In this document: positions 21,515 to 34,800 of the stretch, in pieces
How the letters are laid out: every line of letters starts with the position of its first letter
Numbering within the stretch: the stretch's first letter is position 1
DNA from: Piromyces finnis finn
Lineage: Eukaryota; Fungi; Neocallimastigomycota
Assembly (NCBI GenBank): GCA_002104945.1
Contig: MCFH01000058.1
Coordinates: 62,001-126,000 of the forward strand
Reading direction: 5' to 3'
DNA: 64,000 nt
The notes under the pieces: generated by a model
Told to the model about the DNA's origin: nothing
The model's input: only the letters and a program-made list of their open reading frames with translations
The model's database searches: none
Made by a program: the position numbers and the translations under genes

Positions 21515-24500
21515 CTAGGCAGGGTTTTGGACACTAACCATGAATTCCTGGTAGCATTTATCTTGAAATTCCTTGAGTAGCTTATCATAGTGGGAGTTCT
21601 TGTCAATGATATCAGCATCAACCCACTCTTGCCTAAAGTCACTAAAGGTAGCTAAGTATTGGTAGTTATCTTTCTTCCTTCTGGCATTCATGATTTTGAT
21701 GATTTTCTGGTAGCCCACTGGTGCAGGTGTTAGTTCTTCAGGTTTGTTATGGTAGGGTTCAAGTTCACTGATATGAAACACTGGGTAGACGTTGGGGAAA
21801 GGTGACTTGCTGATATCCAACCGGTAGTTAAGCTTGCTTTCATCAATTCCAATAACCTTGAAAGGACCGTACTTTCTTGCTTGTAGCTTGTAAAAGGGAA
21901 GAGGGTTGTAATTTTCTGGTTTTCTTAACCACACCAAATCCATGAGCCTAATTTTAGGGTAGTTAAGTTCTCTTCTATGGTCCAAGTGGTCTAAGAACCG
22001 TGTTCTTGATATGTCCAGCATGTGCTTTAAGTTACCTAAGTTGTGAGCGAAGCTATCTAATATAGGAGCTTCGCCAAGTGAGTGGACAAGTTCTGAGTCT
22101 TGAGGGTTCATATGTACCTGGTAGTTATACAAAGCTAGGAATGGGGACTGCTTGGTAGAACTGTGCACTGCATTATTATAACAGAACTCAGCTAAGTACA
22201 AGTACTTCAACCATTCGTCGTCATCAAAGGTCTTCGCAAAGCATCTAAGGTACATACTTACGTAGGAGTTGTTACGTTCTACCTGACCAACTGTTTCATG
22301 ATGGCCAGTAGTAGCAAGGTTTACTTCTACGCCAAAGAACCCCATAATGTCCTTCCACAACTTACTAGTGAACTGGACACCACGATCCGTAGTAACCGAT
22401 TTGGGACAACCGTGTAACTTGAATACATGTTGTAAGTATGCTAAGGCTGTTTCTTTAGCAGTAGGCATACTCCTAAATCCCACTAAGTGTATCATTTTGG
22501 TTAACTTATCGCTACAAACCATGATACAACCTCTTCTAGTGACTTCTGGGGGTTCTGAGGGACTACTACCTGGTTTTCTACGTTCCTTAATAGGTAGGTC
22601 CGTCAGGAAGTCAATTTCTACTTCTTGCCAAGGTAAGTCTGCAACTTTTACCCTAGCAGCGCTACCGTACGGCTTGTGTCTGTTGTCCTTTTGGGTACAA
22701 CATATGGTGCAAGCTTTAATATATCCCGCAATGTCATCCTTCATTTTTGGCCAGTAATAGTTTCTGGCTATCAGGTCGTAAGTCTTATCCTTTCCTACTG
22801 ACCCGCTGTTTCACTATCATGGTTAAGTTTTATGATTGTTTCCCTTAACACCTTTGGTACATATGTACGTTTTGGTGCATCCTTCCTAACAATCAACCCA
22901 TTAACCATTAACCACTTCTTTTTGATGAGCTTGTGGCCTCTTTTTGCGTCAAGACCATCTCTAATTTCCCTAGCAAGCTCATCCGTGTTGTAAGCTTGTT
23001 TCAATTCTCCCACAAAGCTTACTTCTAACACCGCATAGCACTCTTCTTCCACGGGTGGAAATTCTTTTACCTGTTCAGGTCGAAGGAGGCTAGCTTTTTC
23101 CATCTCCAGTTGTACCTGTTCTGGTGATACCATTCTTGATAGGATATCGGCTCTACCATTCATTTTTCCTGGCCGATATATTATTTCGAAGTTGTATGCA
23201 GCAAACAGCTCTTGCCATCTTGCCTGTCTTGCTGTCAACAACTGTGGTTTTGTGGCGAACAGGAGATTCCTATGGTCACTATATACTAGGACCTTATGTT
23301 TCGCACCCATCAACAGGTGTCGCCACTCGATGAAAGCATTCCTAATAGCCAACAACTCCTTTTCCATGATGGAGTAGTTGATTTCTGCTTTCATAAGCTT
23401 CTTGGAATAGTAATACACAGGGTGTAATTCATTGTCATCGCCTAGTTGTGATAATACACCACCCACCGCGTAGTTACTAGCGTCGCACTCCACTATAAAC
23501 TGACGGTCATGGTCAGGATATGCTAATACTGGTGGAGACAACAGCATTTCTTTTAACTTCTCGAACGCCTGGATGCGTTCTTCATTCCACAGGAACTGTA
23601 CCTTTTTGGACGTCATAGCATATAACGGCCTTGCTATCTTAGAGAAGTCCTTTATAAACTTCCTATAATAGTTGCAGAATCCAAGGAATGACTGTAGTTC
23701 TTTGAGGTTGGTTGGTTGTGGCCAACTTGCTACAGCTTTTAACTTCTCTGGGTCCGTTTTAATACCATATTTTCCTACTACGTGACCCAGGAATGCAAGT
23801 TCTTCCTTGTGGAACTCACACTTCGCTAACTTAGCTACTAGACGATTATCTATTAGCTTCTGTAGGACTCTTTTTACATGCCCTACATGCTCTTCAAGTG
23901 TCTTGGAGTAGATGATGATATCATCCAAGTACACCTGACAGCAGTCATTGATTTCCTCTGCCAGCACCGTATTGATGAACCCTTGGAACGTGGCAGGAGC
24001 ATTAGTCAACCCAAATGGCATCACTAGATATTCGTAATGCCCAAACTTGGTTGAGAATGCCGTCTTGTATTCGTCACCTTCACGAATACGCATGAGGTTG
24101 TAGGCAGACTTCAAATCCAGCTTAAGAAGATAGTCGCACCTTTCATAGCCTCGAATACTTGACTGATGAGTAGTAAGGGGAAGGAGTTACGCACTGTTAC
24201 CTTATTAAGACGCCTATAGTCAGTACATAATCGTCTTTCACCACTCTTTTTGGGCACGAATAACACAGGATAACCTGCAGGACTCTCTGACTTCCTGATG
24301 AAGCCCTTTGCCAGGTTTTCATCTATATATTCCTTCAGTGCTTTTTCCTCTTCTGGATTGAAGGGATATATAGGCCCTTTATGAAGACTAGCATCCGGCT
24401 CCAGGTCGATCTTACAGTCGTAAGGACGGTGTTCTGGTAGCTGGTTGGCTATTTCTTCATTAAATGCTTCTTTGAAATTGTGGTAGTACTTCTCCACGAT

Positions 24501-26933
24501 TTCTTCAGGTGTAAGTTGATTTTCGTTTAAGTTTTCTTCCTGTACCAACCCTACGTAAATATGATTTTTCTCTAAGTTCGACTCTTGTACCAACCCTCCT
24601 GAATCACATTTTTTCTCTAAGTCAACACTCTGTACCAACCCTACTGAAACACAAGTTTTCTCTAAGTTGGAACTCGATGCCAACCCTCCGGAACTTCCGT
24701 TTCTGGTTTCTCTTGTAGCCTTGTGGCTACCATTACCCACGATTTCGGCTTCTATGTTTTCCGCAGTTACAGTTACCAGAGGCCTTCTTGCTTTTGCATT
24801 AGTAACTGTAGTTATGGGACTTAATTGAGTACAGTAGTAGATGTCACCACCATTCATACCATAACTGTTGGTATGTCCTTTATCCTTATCTTTATCTACC
24901 ACGAAGTACCTCACCTGTGCATCTTTATCATAACCTCTGTAGATAAAGTGCTCATCCATGAAGCCCAGTCCCACAATGATCATCTCCGGCATGTTGTCGG
25001 ACAGGTGGCAACTTGTGTTGAAGCAGTATGGTTTAGCTTCTTGTTCGCCAGATAGAGTTAACCACAACTTCAACTGCAAGTCATCTGAGAGCTGCTTTAA
25101 CTCGATATCTCCATTCACAGTTCTGAATATGGCTGGTTTATCCACTACCTTCAACCCGAGCTTCTTTGCTAAATTTGGGTGGATGAGGTTTGTAGTGGAA
25201 CCAGTATCATACAAGACTTCTACCCTTTTTATATCTCGAGGGTTGCTTCTTGCATTTATTTCAGCTACTAGTTGGTTCTGACTGTAGTAACTGTTATTGA
25301 CCGTCGTTTGACTTGCCATAGCCTTAGGTAATGGGTTATTTCCCATACTAGAAGGTCCTTGCTTTGGTTGGAAGCTAGAACTTCTTCTAAAGCTTGACTT
25401 ATTTAAGGATTCACGACGTTCTTTAGTACCGTTATTGTTTTTTGCGTAAGCCTGAGTGTTGGTCTGCTCAACTTTAGGCTTATTATTTGGCTTGTTGTTC
25501 TTCTGCTTTAACTCAGCCCATCTAAATGGTCTACATGGGTCTGTGATGTCCAACAAGGCCATAATAGTGGTCTGGTGGTCTCTTTTGTCGTACTTTTCTA
25601 TGGTTTCATTACGGAAGACTGTTTGGTGATCATCGCACTTTAACAAGACTTCACTTAATGTTTCCAGCGTACGTTCCTGTTCAGGGATATCATAGAACGC
25701 TTCCCTGACAGAAGGCCTGACCTGTTGTATTAACACCTGTCTCCTAACATTTTCAGGAAGCCCAAGTGTTTCCGTCAATTCATTGAACTCTTCCAAATAG
25801 TCGTATGCTTTTCCCCACTCATGTGTGAGCTTAAGCAACTTTGACTTGCAGAGTTCATGGGGAGACTCTGGTGAGAACTTATCTTGAAGGTGGAGGAATA
25901 GTCTTTCAGCATCAGGATTCCTACGCTGTAACATCCTCTCTCTGAGTCTATACAATCTCAATACTTTCCCACCTAGATGATCTTCAATGAAGCTAACCTT
26001 TGCCTTTTCGTCGTTACCATAGTCATATGGGTAACGTTTGAAATGACGTAAGCACTTCTCTTGAAAACCCTCTAAGTCTATCCCATTATTATCAAACATA
26101 GGCACTTTTTCTTCATACCTATGTACTCGCCAGTCGAACATCTTCACGTCCACGTCCTCGGAGTATTCCGTAGGGTTGGTGCTACTACTAGTTCCAGCAC
26201 CATGAGGATTACCCATACCACCGGTTTGATAGGATGTTCTTTCATGAGCTCTGGCTTCAGCTCTTCTGTTCATGGCTTCGACTTTAGCCTCGAACAATTT
26301 TTCTCTTTCTTCTAGAGCGTTTCGTTGCTCCCTCAATCTGGCCATCTCTTCTTCAAGCTCTTTTTTATAAGAGACAAAGGCACTAGATTGGCGGTACAAC
26401 GTTTCTTGGTTGTTTAGCACTTGCTGGTGGTCTTGTAACCTTTCCTCATGTTCTACAGTAAAGGCATTTTCCACAGCATGCAGCTCTTCCAAGCTAACTT
26501 GGCTAGCTGACTCATTTGCTTCCAACCTTTGATCCACTTCAACAAATTTTTGCTGAAGAGCATCGTTTGTCTCGCTCTTGTAAACCTCAATACCCCGCAG
26601 TTGTTCTTCCATAGCACCCAGACGGTTTCCCATACTAGCAAACTGGCTAGATATTTCCGAAACCCATCTATTAAGAAGAACTTCAATGTGTTGCATTGGG
26701 TTTACCTCACTATTATTAGTAAAAAAGAAAGAAGGATCAACAGGGGCGGGCATAGAATCCCCCTGTTGAACCTGTGACATTCCCTCTACACCATCCATGC
26801 CATCCGCGCTTGCCGCGACAGGACGAGTCCAGTCCCTTACGAATGATGTTTTTGTGTCCAATTTATGGACACCTCGAGGGTTAGGAGACTTACCTGGGTT
26901 TTTCATTTCTAATTCAAATATAAATTCTTTCAA
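21515..26933 (-). pseudogene. gag-pol: E1 gag-pol, two frameshifts (~24125, ~22795)
   Basis: Coiled-coil gag, YDTGS protease, YLDD RT, ECDAS RNase H, DDE integrase. The three ORFs are collinear pieces of one polyprotein. Confidence 0.9.
24521..24690 (-). repeat. Four 45-nt (15-aa) repeats in the E1 PR-RT linker
   Basis: ccaaccct recurs at 24545, 24590, 24635 and 24680; peptide unit GLVQxxNLEKxxxxx. Confidence 0.88.
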
Positions 26934-27196
26934 TAAATTAAAGAATTTATTATATAAAATATGATTGTGATGAATTTTAAAATTAAAAATAATGAATTTT
27001 TTATTACTAAGCTATTAGAAAATAATTATTTTTAATAATAAATTTACTTCTTTTAAATATAATATTTGAATATTATATAAAATATTGTAAATAATTATTA
27101 TTAAACAATAATTTAAATAAAATAAAATATGTTTTTTAAGAACTTTTAATAAAACTAACCTAATTAAAACTAAGCTAACGTAAGAACTAACTATAA

Positions 27197-27208
27197 AGCG
27201 TTAGTATT
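27197..27208 (-). promoter_or_regulatory. E1 self-priming PBS
   Basis: AATACTAACGCT (sense) is a 12/12 complement of LTR 27494-27483; the same arrangement occurs in E2 (55139-55150). Confidence 0.8.
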
Positions 27209-27763
27209 GTAAATGGTGTTTTTATAATATTAGTTAATAAGTTATATAATTTAGTTAATTAAGTTAGTTACTACCTCTCTATACGAGTTAATAACTAAAT
27301 AAAATTTTATAAAAAATAATAAAAGAAATAAAATAAATATTATAACACTAAAATAATTACAAACAAACGTATAAAGATTTTATGAAATAATGTTTACTTA
27401 AATAATTCTATATTAATTATATCTTTTATTTATTAATTATAATTATATACATTAATTATTATTATAGTTACTAATTTACTTTAATACTAACGCTAAAGTA
27501 TTTAACGTTAGTTTTAACTATACTATTTAACTATATTAGTTTATTTTCTTTATCACTTGACTGGGTAAAGCAAATAAACTTCCTATTTAATTAATAACCA
27601 TTAATATATGGTTATACATATATCTGGCCAATAAATGGTGACCAGAATATATGGTTTCAATTGAAATATTTGTAGGCAAACTTATGGCCACAAATATTTC
27701 TTACAGCAATTTTGCAACAATAACATATATAAAAATTTAAAAAATTTAGACACATGAAAAAAA

Positions 27764-28409
27764 TGTCAAGAATCTAAGTGGATTTAAGTTTATAATTAAG
27801 TCTACTAGGTTAGGATAGGCTTAATTATATAGTAAAGTAAGTGTTAAGATAAGGAATAATAAATATAGTTTTTTAAAAAATTATTTTATTCAGCTTTTTA
27901 TTAATATATAAATAATAATTATTAATTTTTAAATATTGAATTTACTATATAAAAAATGAGTATTAATAATCTTACAAAGAACTTCTTAAAGTTATTCTTT
28001 ATTCAACTTATTTATACTTTCATTTTTAATATAATATTGATATTAATAAAGTATAATAATAATAATATTTTTAAGTTATACATGTATAATAATATAAATA
28101 TAAATATTAATATAATATAATAATAATAATAATAATATAATTTTCTTTAAATATCGATATTAATAAGTTGTTAAAAATAATATTAATAATTATTTAAATG
28201 AATCTTATTTTACTAATTGGTTTGTTTAATATTAATTAATTGTTACACTATTTATCTCCGGATAATAAATAGCTTTCCAATTAATATTTATATTAAATAA
28301 ACTATTATTAGTAAAATATTATTAAATTAATATTTTAATTAATTTAACTAATAATTCAAAATTATGAAATTTCATGAAATGTCAAATTTCATGAATTGTG
28401 ATTTTGACA
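27764..28409 (+). repeat. N-family solo LTR N1 (orientation arbitrary), TSD AAAAA
   Basis: TGTCAA...TTGACA termini; reverse-complement copy at 53431-54072. Confidence 0.8.
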
Positions 28410-28415
28410 AAAAAT

Positions 28416-29629
28416 TGTAAAGTGGGCTCGGATTGATATGTAACTTGGTCAGAATGTTTTATATAATATAACTTAATTTACTAATGAAATATTAAACTTA
28501 TTTATTATTAAATCTTTTCTTCAGAACTTATTAAAGAATTTAAATAATACTAATTTAGAAATTAAATAGGTTTTTATAATAAAAATTTTAATATAATTTA
28601 ATTATGAAATTTATTTATTAATTATTTATTTATTAAGATAATATTTATTAAGTTATATTATAGTTAATAATTAATAATTAATAATCTTACAAAGAATTTC
28701 AAAACTGATTTCAATTCTTTGTTTAAATACTTTTTTCTTACATATAATAAAATTACATTGATATTAATATTGATATTAATAATAAAGATAAAAATAAAAT
28801 AATTTTAAATTAAAATATTAATAATTGATATTGATATTAATAATATGAATTCATATGATAGATCTTAAGATTAATCTTTTAAATTACTTTTAAAATAAAA
28901 GTATTGTTTTAACCATTTTAAATTGTAAATATTTAATATTATAAATTGAGAATAACAATTACTGATACTAATTATATATTCTCATAATTAATTAATTAAT
29001 AATTATAACTAATGATTTTTGATCCAAAGGCTTTTTGGCTTGATTATGATTGAGGTTATTAATCAAAATTATTTAAAAAATTATTAATTAATTTTTATAA
29101 TTGATTAGGTTTATAATCAAGAATATTTATTATCTAACCTTATTTAATAATAATGGAGAATTTTTAAATTGAATTATTTATAGAAAGTTGGATGACTTGA
29201 ATAATGACTTTAATTATATAAATTAATATTAATCATTTTAATATATATTATTATATATTTATTGGAACTAATTAATTCTTTAAATAGCTATATCTCAAGA
29301 ACTAGTGGTCTAAATTAGCTGAAAATTTGTGAGAATATAGATCTCAACCAGTACTTTCTAATAAAATTGGTTTGAAGTCTCTAGAAAAGGAAAATAGGAC
29401 GCGAGATTCGGAAGTTGTCACTAGTTTCGTATAAGGCATTTTTCTCAAGGGTTAATTTATTGAAAATTAAATTTTTGTGATCCTTAACCCTTTTCAATAT
29501 TAAATTTTTCCAAGTGATCTTTTTTAATTATTTTTAAAAGTGTTTTATAATTTTTGAAATATAAATTTGATTTTTAAATTGTTTATTTGAATATTTAATT
29601 TATTTTTTAATCGTCTTCTATTCTTGACA
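28416..29629. repeat. Q: unresolved LTR-like insert (1.2 kb), TSD AAAAT
   Basis: TGTAAAG...CTTGACA with AAAAT on both sides; shares short motifs with N; may be composite. Confidence 0.55.
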
Positions 29630-30820
29630 AAAATTAAAAATTTTTTTAAAATTTGAAAATTTGAAAATTTGAAAAAATTTATTTTTTAAATTTTTATTAA
29701 AAAATTTCAAATTATAAAATTATTAAATTTTTTTTAAAAATTATTAAAATTTTATTATAAAAAATTTTATTTTAAATTTATTAACTATTTACAATAATTA
29801 TATTAATTATTAATTTATAAAAATTAAATATTTTATAATTAGACAATAATTAATTAAAATTAAAAAATGTAATAATTAAAATTGTTCATGTATAAAAAGA
29901 ACAAAAATTGACAAAAATTACGAAGCTTTAGCGTTAGTAATTTTTTTTAACTTAAAGTTAATAAAATTTATAAACTCCTATAAAACCTAAAACTTTAAAA
30001 ATTTTAATATTTTTAATAACTTAATATATGCTGATATTAAGTTATTACTAAAATAAAAATATTATTTAATTTTCTTTATAAATATTATTAGCTTTACGCC
30101 TTCAATAGGAAAGCGTATTATATTTGTTAATTAATATAACTAGTGTGCTTACCACACTTTTCTTTAATAAAAAATCGCTTTTTGACAATTTTTGTTGATA
30201 AATAATAATTATAAATATATTATACATTTGTTATTAGTAGAAAATTTTATTATAAAATAATTATTAAATAATTTTATATAGTTTATTATAAAAATATAAT
30301 TTACATAAAATCAAATATTTTATAAATTTATATATTTGATTGGGTTAAATTATAAAAATAATTTTTAATATAAAGAATAATAATATTTTTTTAGTACAAA
30401 ATAAGAAGACTTAGATTATTAGTAATAAGTTAAATTTTAATAATAGTTGATATAATTAATTAGTTAATACATAATAATATTTAAAAGACAAAAATAATTT
30501 TTTATATAATAAAAATTATTGTTAAAAAGAGTGTAAAAACAATAAATAAAAGAAAATATAAAAACGAAATTAAACTTGTCTAATTTGTAATTATTGTGTT
30601 AATAATAAATAATATTTTATAGAATAAATCTGGTGTTATCATTCTATATAAATATTATTAAAAATAATAAAACTATTAAAACTATAAAATAACTTAAAAT
30701 AAATTAATAAAACTAGTAGATATTGTTAAAGCTCGTACAATAGCTGTCGAGATAAAACAATATAAGATAACAGAAGAAGTAGTAAAAAAGTTATAATATA
30801 ACTACCAATCCGTTATCAAG

Positions 30821-30830
30821 TGGTGGAGAA
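30821..30830 (+). promoter_or_regulatory. D primer binding site, tRNA-Ala type
   Basis: TGGTGGAGAA, 2 nt after the LTR, complements the ..TTCTCCACCA 3' end typical of eukaryotic tRNA-Ala. The host tRNA was not checked. Confidence 0.7.
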
Positions 30831-30918
30831 CCTCAGTCGTCCCGTGGGAAAGCCGAAAATTTAAATAATTCCTATTAATTAGTATATTTAGTATAATTAT
30901 CTTATTTATTTACTAAAT

Positions 30919-31542
30919 ATGACTGAAAATAAAAACAGTTTTGAAAGAGCCGCTAGTATGGCTAAAGAAATAAGCCCTCTTGGCAAGAAAGATACTAAGT
31001 TCTTCAGATGGAAAATGGAACTTGAAGATATCTTAGAAGACTTAGCTCTTTCTGAAAAAGAAAAGAAGAGAATTGCTTTGCTTGCTACTACCGGTAACTC
31101 AAAGGATCTTTGTAGTGATATTTATTATGAAGATAGATCCCTATCTTATAATGAATTTATCAATAAAATATCTAACTTATTTGAGGATGATAAAACCTCT
31201 AATAGAAACCTAAATAAGTTAGAAAAAATAAAAGTAAACAAAAGCTCTGTTAGAGAATTTAACCGTTCCTTTAACGACCTTTTGAAAGAAATTAAAGAAA
31301 GGGACAAGCCTTCTGAAGAAAGACTTGTTTTCCTTTATATTAAAGCCTTTAATAGGAGAACTCCCATTATGAATTCTCTTATTAATAAACAGCCAAAAAC
31401 CTTAAAGGACGCTATGAGAATCGCCATCACAGCAGAAGAAACCATCTCAGCTTATGAAAGTGATGACGAAACTGACTATAAAAGAAACAAAAGCAATAGC
31501 TCCTTTAAGAAAAGAACTACTACCAACAATGAAAAACCGCCT

Positions 31543-31597
<55 letters not shown>

Positions 31598-31809
31598 GTA
31601 GTAGTAGTAATAACAATAACAATCAAGGAGGTACAAAAGACGTTAAGGAATCCGATCTAGAGGCTCTAACCAAGAGTTTTGCCCAGATGAAAATTCATGT
31701 CTGTCACCGCTGTAATCAGAGAGGACATGATGCTCGTTTTTGCCCTAATGAAATGTCAGATATGAATAAGTTTATTGCTACTCTCCTTTCCCAAAACCAT
31801 TTAAATTAA
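30919..31809 (+). CDS. gag: D Gag with poly-Asn and CCHC knuckle
   Basis: 296 aa, CHRCNQRGHDARFC, ends HLN* like B Gag. Confidence 0.9.
31546..31596 (+). repeat. (AAT)16 microsatellite encoding poly-Asn
   Basis: Direct reading of the sequence. Confidence 0.95.
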
Positions 31810-31835
31810 ATGGGGGAAGTTCTCAATCTTCCCCT
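31800..31835 (+). promoter_or_regulatory. D -1 ribosomal frameshift signal
   Basis: T TTA AAT heptamer, short spacer, stem GGGGAAG/CTTCCCC; the -1 frame is open downstream. Confidence 0.82.
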
Positions 31836-34800
31836 TCTAACTCCAAAATTGATAATAACCAAACCCACAATATCAATAACATAAACGAGCAAGTTTATGT
31901 TGATGAAACACGTGACTCACATAAAACAGAAAAAAATTCAAATTCTGAAGAAAAATTCTCTGACCCTTTGGTGGATGATCCAATCAAAGACATAGATAAG
32001 GATGATGTTGCACAAAATCACGTGTCAAATACAATCGATGATAAGGACATCGAAAACCTTATTTACGCATTCAGGAGGAAAAGTTCTGAAGAAAGTGATG
32101 AAAGTGAAGATGAGGATCACGTGACTCAGTCGAAGAAAAAGAAACTTCGAGAAAACCCCTTGCCAATACACACAAAGGCCACTCAGATGAAAGAACAGCA
32201 AGAAATTCAAAACGAGAAAAATTCAAATTTTCATACCACTACTTCCCGCCTGGACATCCTAGACCCCTCGGTAATTGCAGGCAAGAATATCTCTTCTGCC
32301 AAGAAGAAAAATAAAGAAGCCAGAAACAAAAGGAGAACTAGTCCGGATATCTCTAGTAATCAAGATGATATAGAGTAAGAAGTTATTGGAAGTAAGAAGT
32401 CGCTTAAAGGAAACTATTACGACTTCTTACGTTCTATTATTATGCTTGGCAAAAATAAGGAGTATGATGTATATGATGCTCTCAATAATACCAACGCTGG
32501 TATTACCTTTGCACAACTCTTTGCTGTTAGCCCTATCATTAGAAGACTTTGTGCGAAAGGCTTAAAACTTGATCCTAATGACGTTAGAAAAATAAACGCC
32601 ATTCAAAATTTGGATCTTGATGATGATGATATTAGTTCATTTATTAATATTATCAACGAAGGTGATGTCGATGGTGATGATAATAACAATAATGTTGACA
32701 ATAGTGTTGACAACATTGATGCTAGTAATGAGATTAACGTCATTAATAAAGTCAATATCGCTTCTGTTATAGGTTCTGTTGACAACACTATTGTAAGAGT
32801 GTTAGTGGATACAGGCTCTGATGTCAACGTGATTACTAAGTCCTTCTTTGATATTATATCAAAGAAACATAAAATCAAATACTTTAAAAGAACCTTCTTC
32901 AAGTTAGCTAGTCAACAAGTCATCTCCACTAATCAAGCAGTAAGTCTCGTTCTTCGTTTTGATAAGCTTAAAATAAGTACTACCTTCTGGATCCTAGAAG
33001 ACGAAGATTCCTGCTATGACATCATACTTGGGCGCCAGTCACAAAAGGATCATAGGTTATATATAGATCCTGATGACGACGCTTTATATATGAAAACTGA
33101 TGGATCCTCTATTATGGTTGCTCGACCATCAGATTCCATATCGCAAGGAAATAAATTATATCATATAACTATTATGAATAATATTAATTCCTTAAAAGAT
33201 ATTTCTGATATTGATAATATTATCTCAAAGGATGAACAAATTCAACTTCATTCTTTAATAAAAAATTATAGGGATGTTTTAATCGACTCCATTGATGATG
33301 TTTCAGTTGCTGATGCTGAACCTTATTCTATTGAATTAACATCCACCAAACCCATTAAACTGAGACCTTATAAGATATCTCTTGCTCAATCCCAAGCATT
33401 AAAAGAAGAGATTTCGAAACTATTGAAACATGGTCTCATTGAACCTTCCCATTCACCATGGTCATTCCCTGTTGTTATGGTGAAAAAGAAAAATGGTAAA
33501 TGGCGTATGTGTGTCGATTATAGAAAATTAAATCAAATTACTATTAAAGACGCGTATGCTCTACCATTTATTGATGAACTACTAGAATCTGTTCATGGCG
33601 CAAAATATTTCTCTGCTATTGACCTTTTTTCTGGTTTTCATCAAATTCCAATGAATAGCAAAGATATCGAAAAGACAGCATTCACTACTAAGTTTGGTAA
33701 TTTTAAACATGGATGATATTTTAGTTTATTCTCCTAACTTTAAACAACATTTAAAGGACCTTGAAAAACTTTTTATTATCCTAAGAGAGCATAAATTCTC
33801 TATTAATATTGATAAGTGTTCTTTTTGGAAAAACTCCGTTGAAGTTCTTGGTCACGTACTTACTGCAGATGGTATTAAACCTATGCCTTCTAAAGTTCTT
33901 GCTATAGCTTCTTGGAACACTCCTAAAAACGTCACTCAACTTAGGTCCTTCCTTGGCTTAGTTAGCTACTATAGAAAATTTATTCCTAACTTTGCTATTT
34001 CAAGTTGTTTATATAAACTTACAAGTCCTAAAGCTAGTTTTATTTGGTTAGATATCCATTCTGATGCCTTTCATACACTTCGTTCTTTTATTTGCTCCTC
34101 CAGTATTTTAAAATATCCCGACCCTAATAAACAATTCATTATTCGTACTGACGCTTCTTCTTATGCCGTTGGCGCTGTTCTTCTACAGCTTTCTGACTCT
34201 TTAGATATTGAGTTTCCTATTTATTGTGTTAGTAGGTGTCTTAAAGATGCTGAAACGCGTTATTCTGTTACTGAAAAAGAAGGTATTGCTATTTTATTCG
34301 CTTTGAATAAATTTCGCTCCTATATTGCAGCTTCTCCTCTTGTTGTAAAAGTATACACTGACCATAAGCCACTTGTAGGTTTCTTTACTTCAAGTATTCC
34401 TTCTAATGATAGACATATTAGATGGATAGCCAAGTTTAATGAATTTAGAGTCGACATTATTTATGAAAAAGGTAAAAATAATGTTTTTGCTGATGCTTTG
34501 TCCCGTATGCCCTCTTCGCAAAATTTAAATATTAATTCTATTCATTCTATCTTAAAAGACAAAGAAGATAATATTTCCACCTTTGCTTCTCCCAAAATTA
34601 TTGAATATGTTAAGAAAAACTATTCATTTTTAAATGGTACTCTTGTTTACCGCTCTAAATCTGGAAACTATTTAAAAGTTATTGAAGATGACTCTTTAAA
34701 ATTCTCCTTGATTCGTAAGGCTCATCTTGTCGGCCATGAAGGTGTTGAAAAAACACTTTCCAGATTAAAAGAAATATATTATTGGCCAGGAATGTGGAAC

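Larger units (their letters stand above)
21001..27705 (-). mobile_element. Element E1: Ty3/Gypsy, relatively GC-rich, degenerate chromodomain
   Basis: 5' LTR 27208-27705. 3' LTR 21001-21493, with its terminal bases scattered leftward by insertions. PPT AGGGGAG at ~21503-21497. Confidence 0.92.
27713..30187 (+). repeat. P-family solo LTR P1 (~620 bp), split by N1 and Q
   Basis: 27713-27763 plus 29630-30187 match 53379-53430 plus 54073-54643; ends TTTGACA; ATTT on both flanks. Confidence 0.8.
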
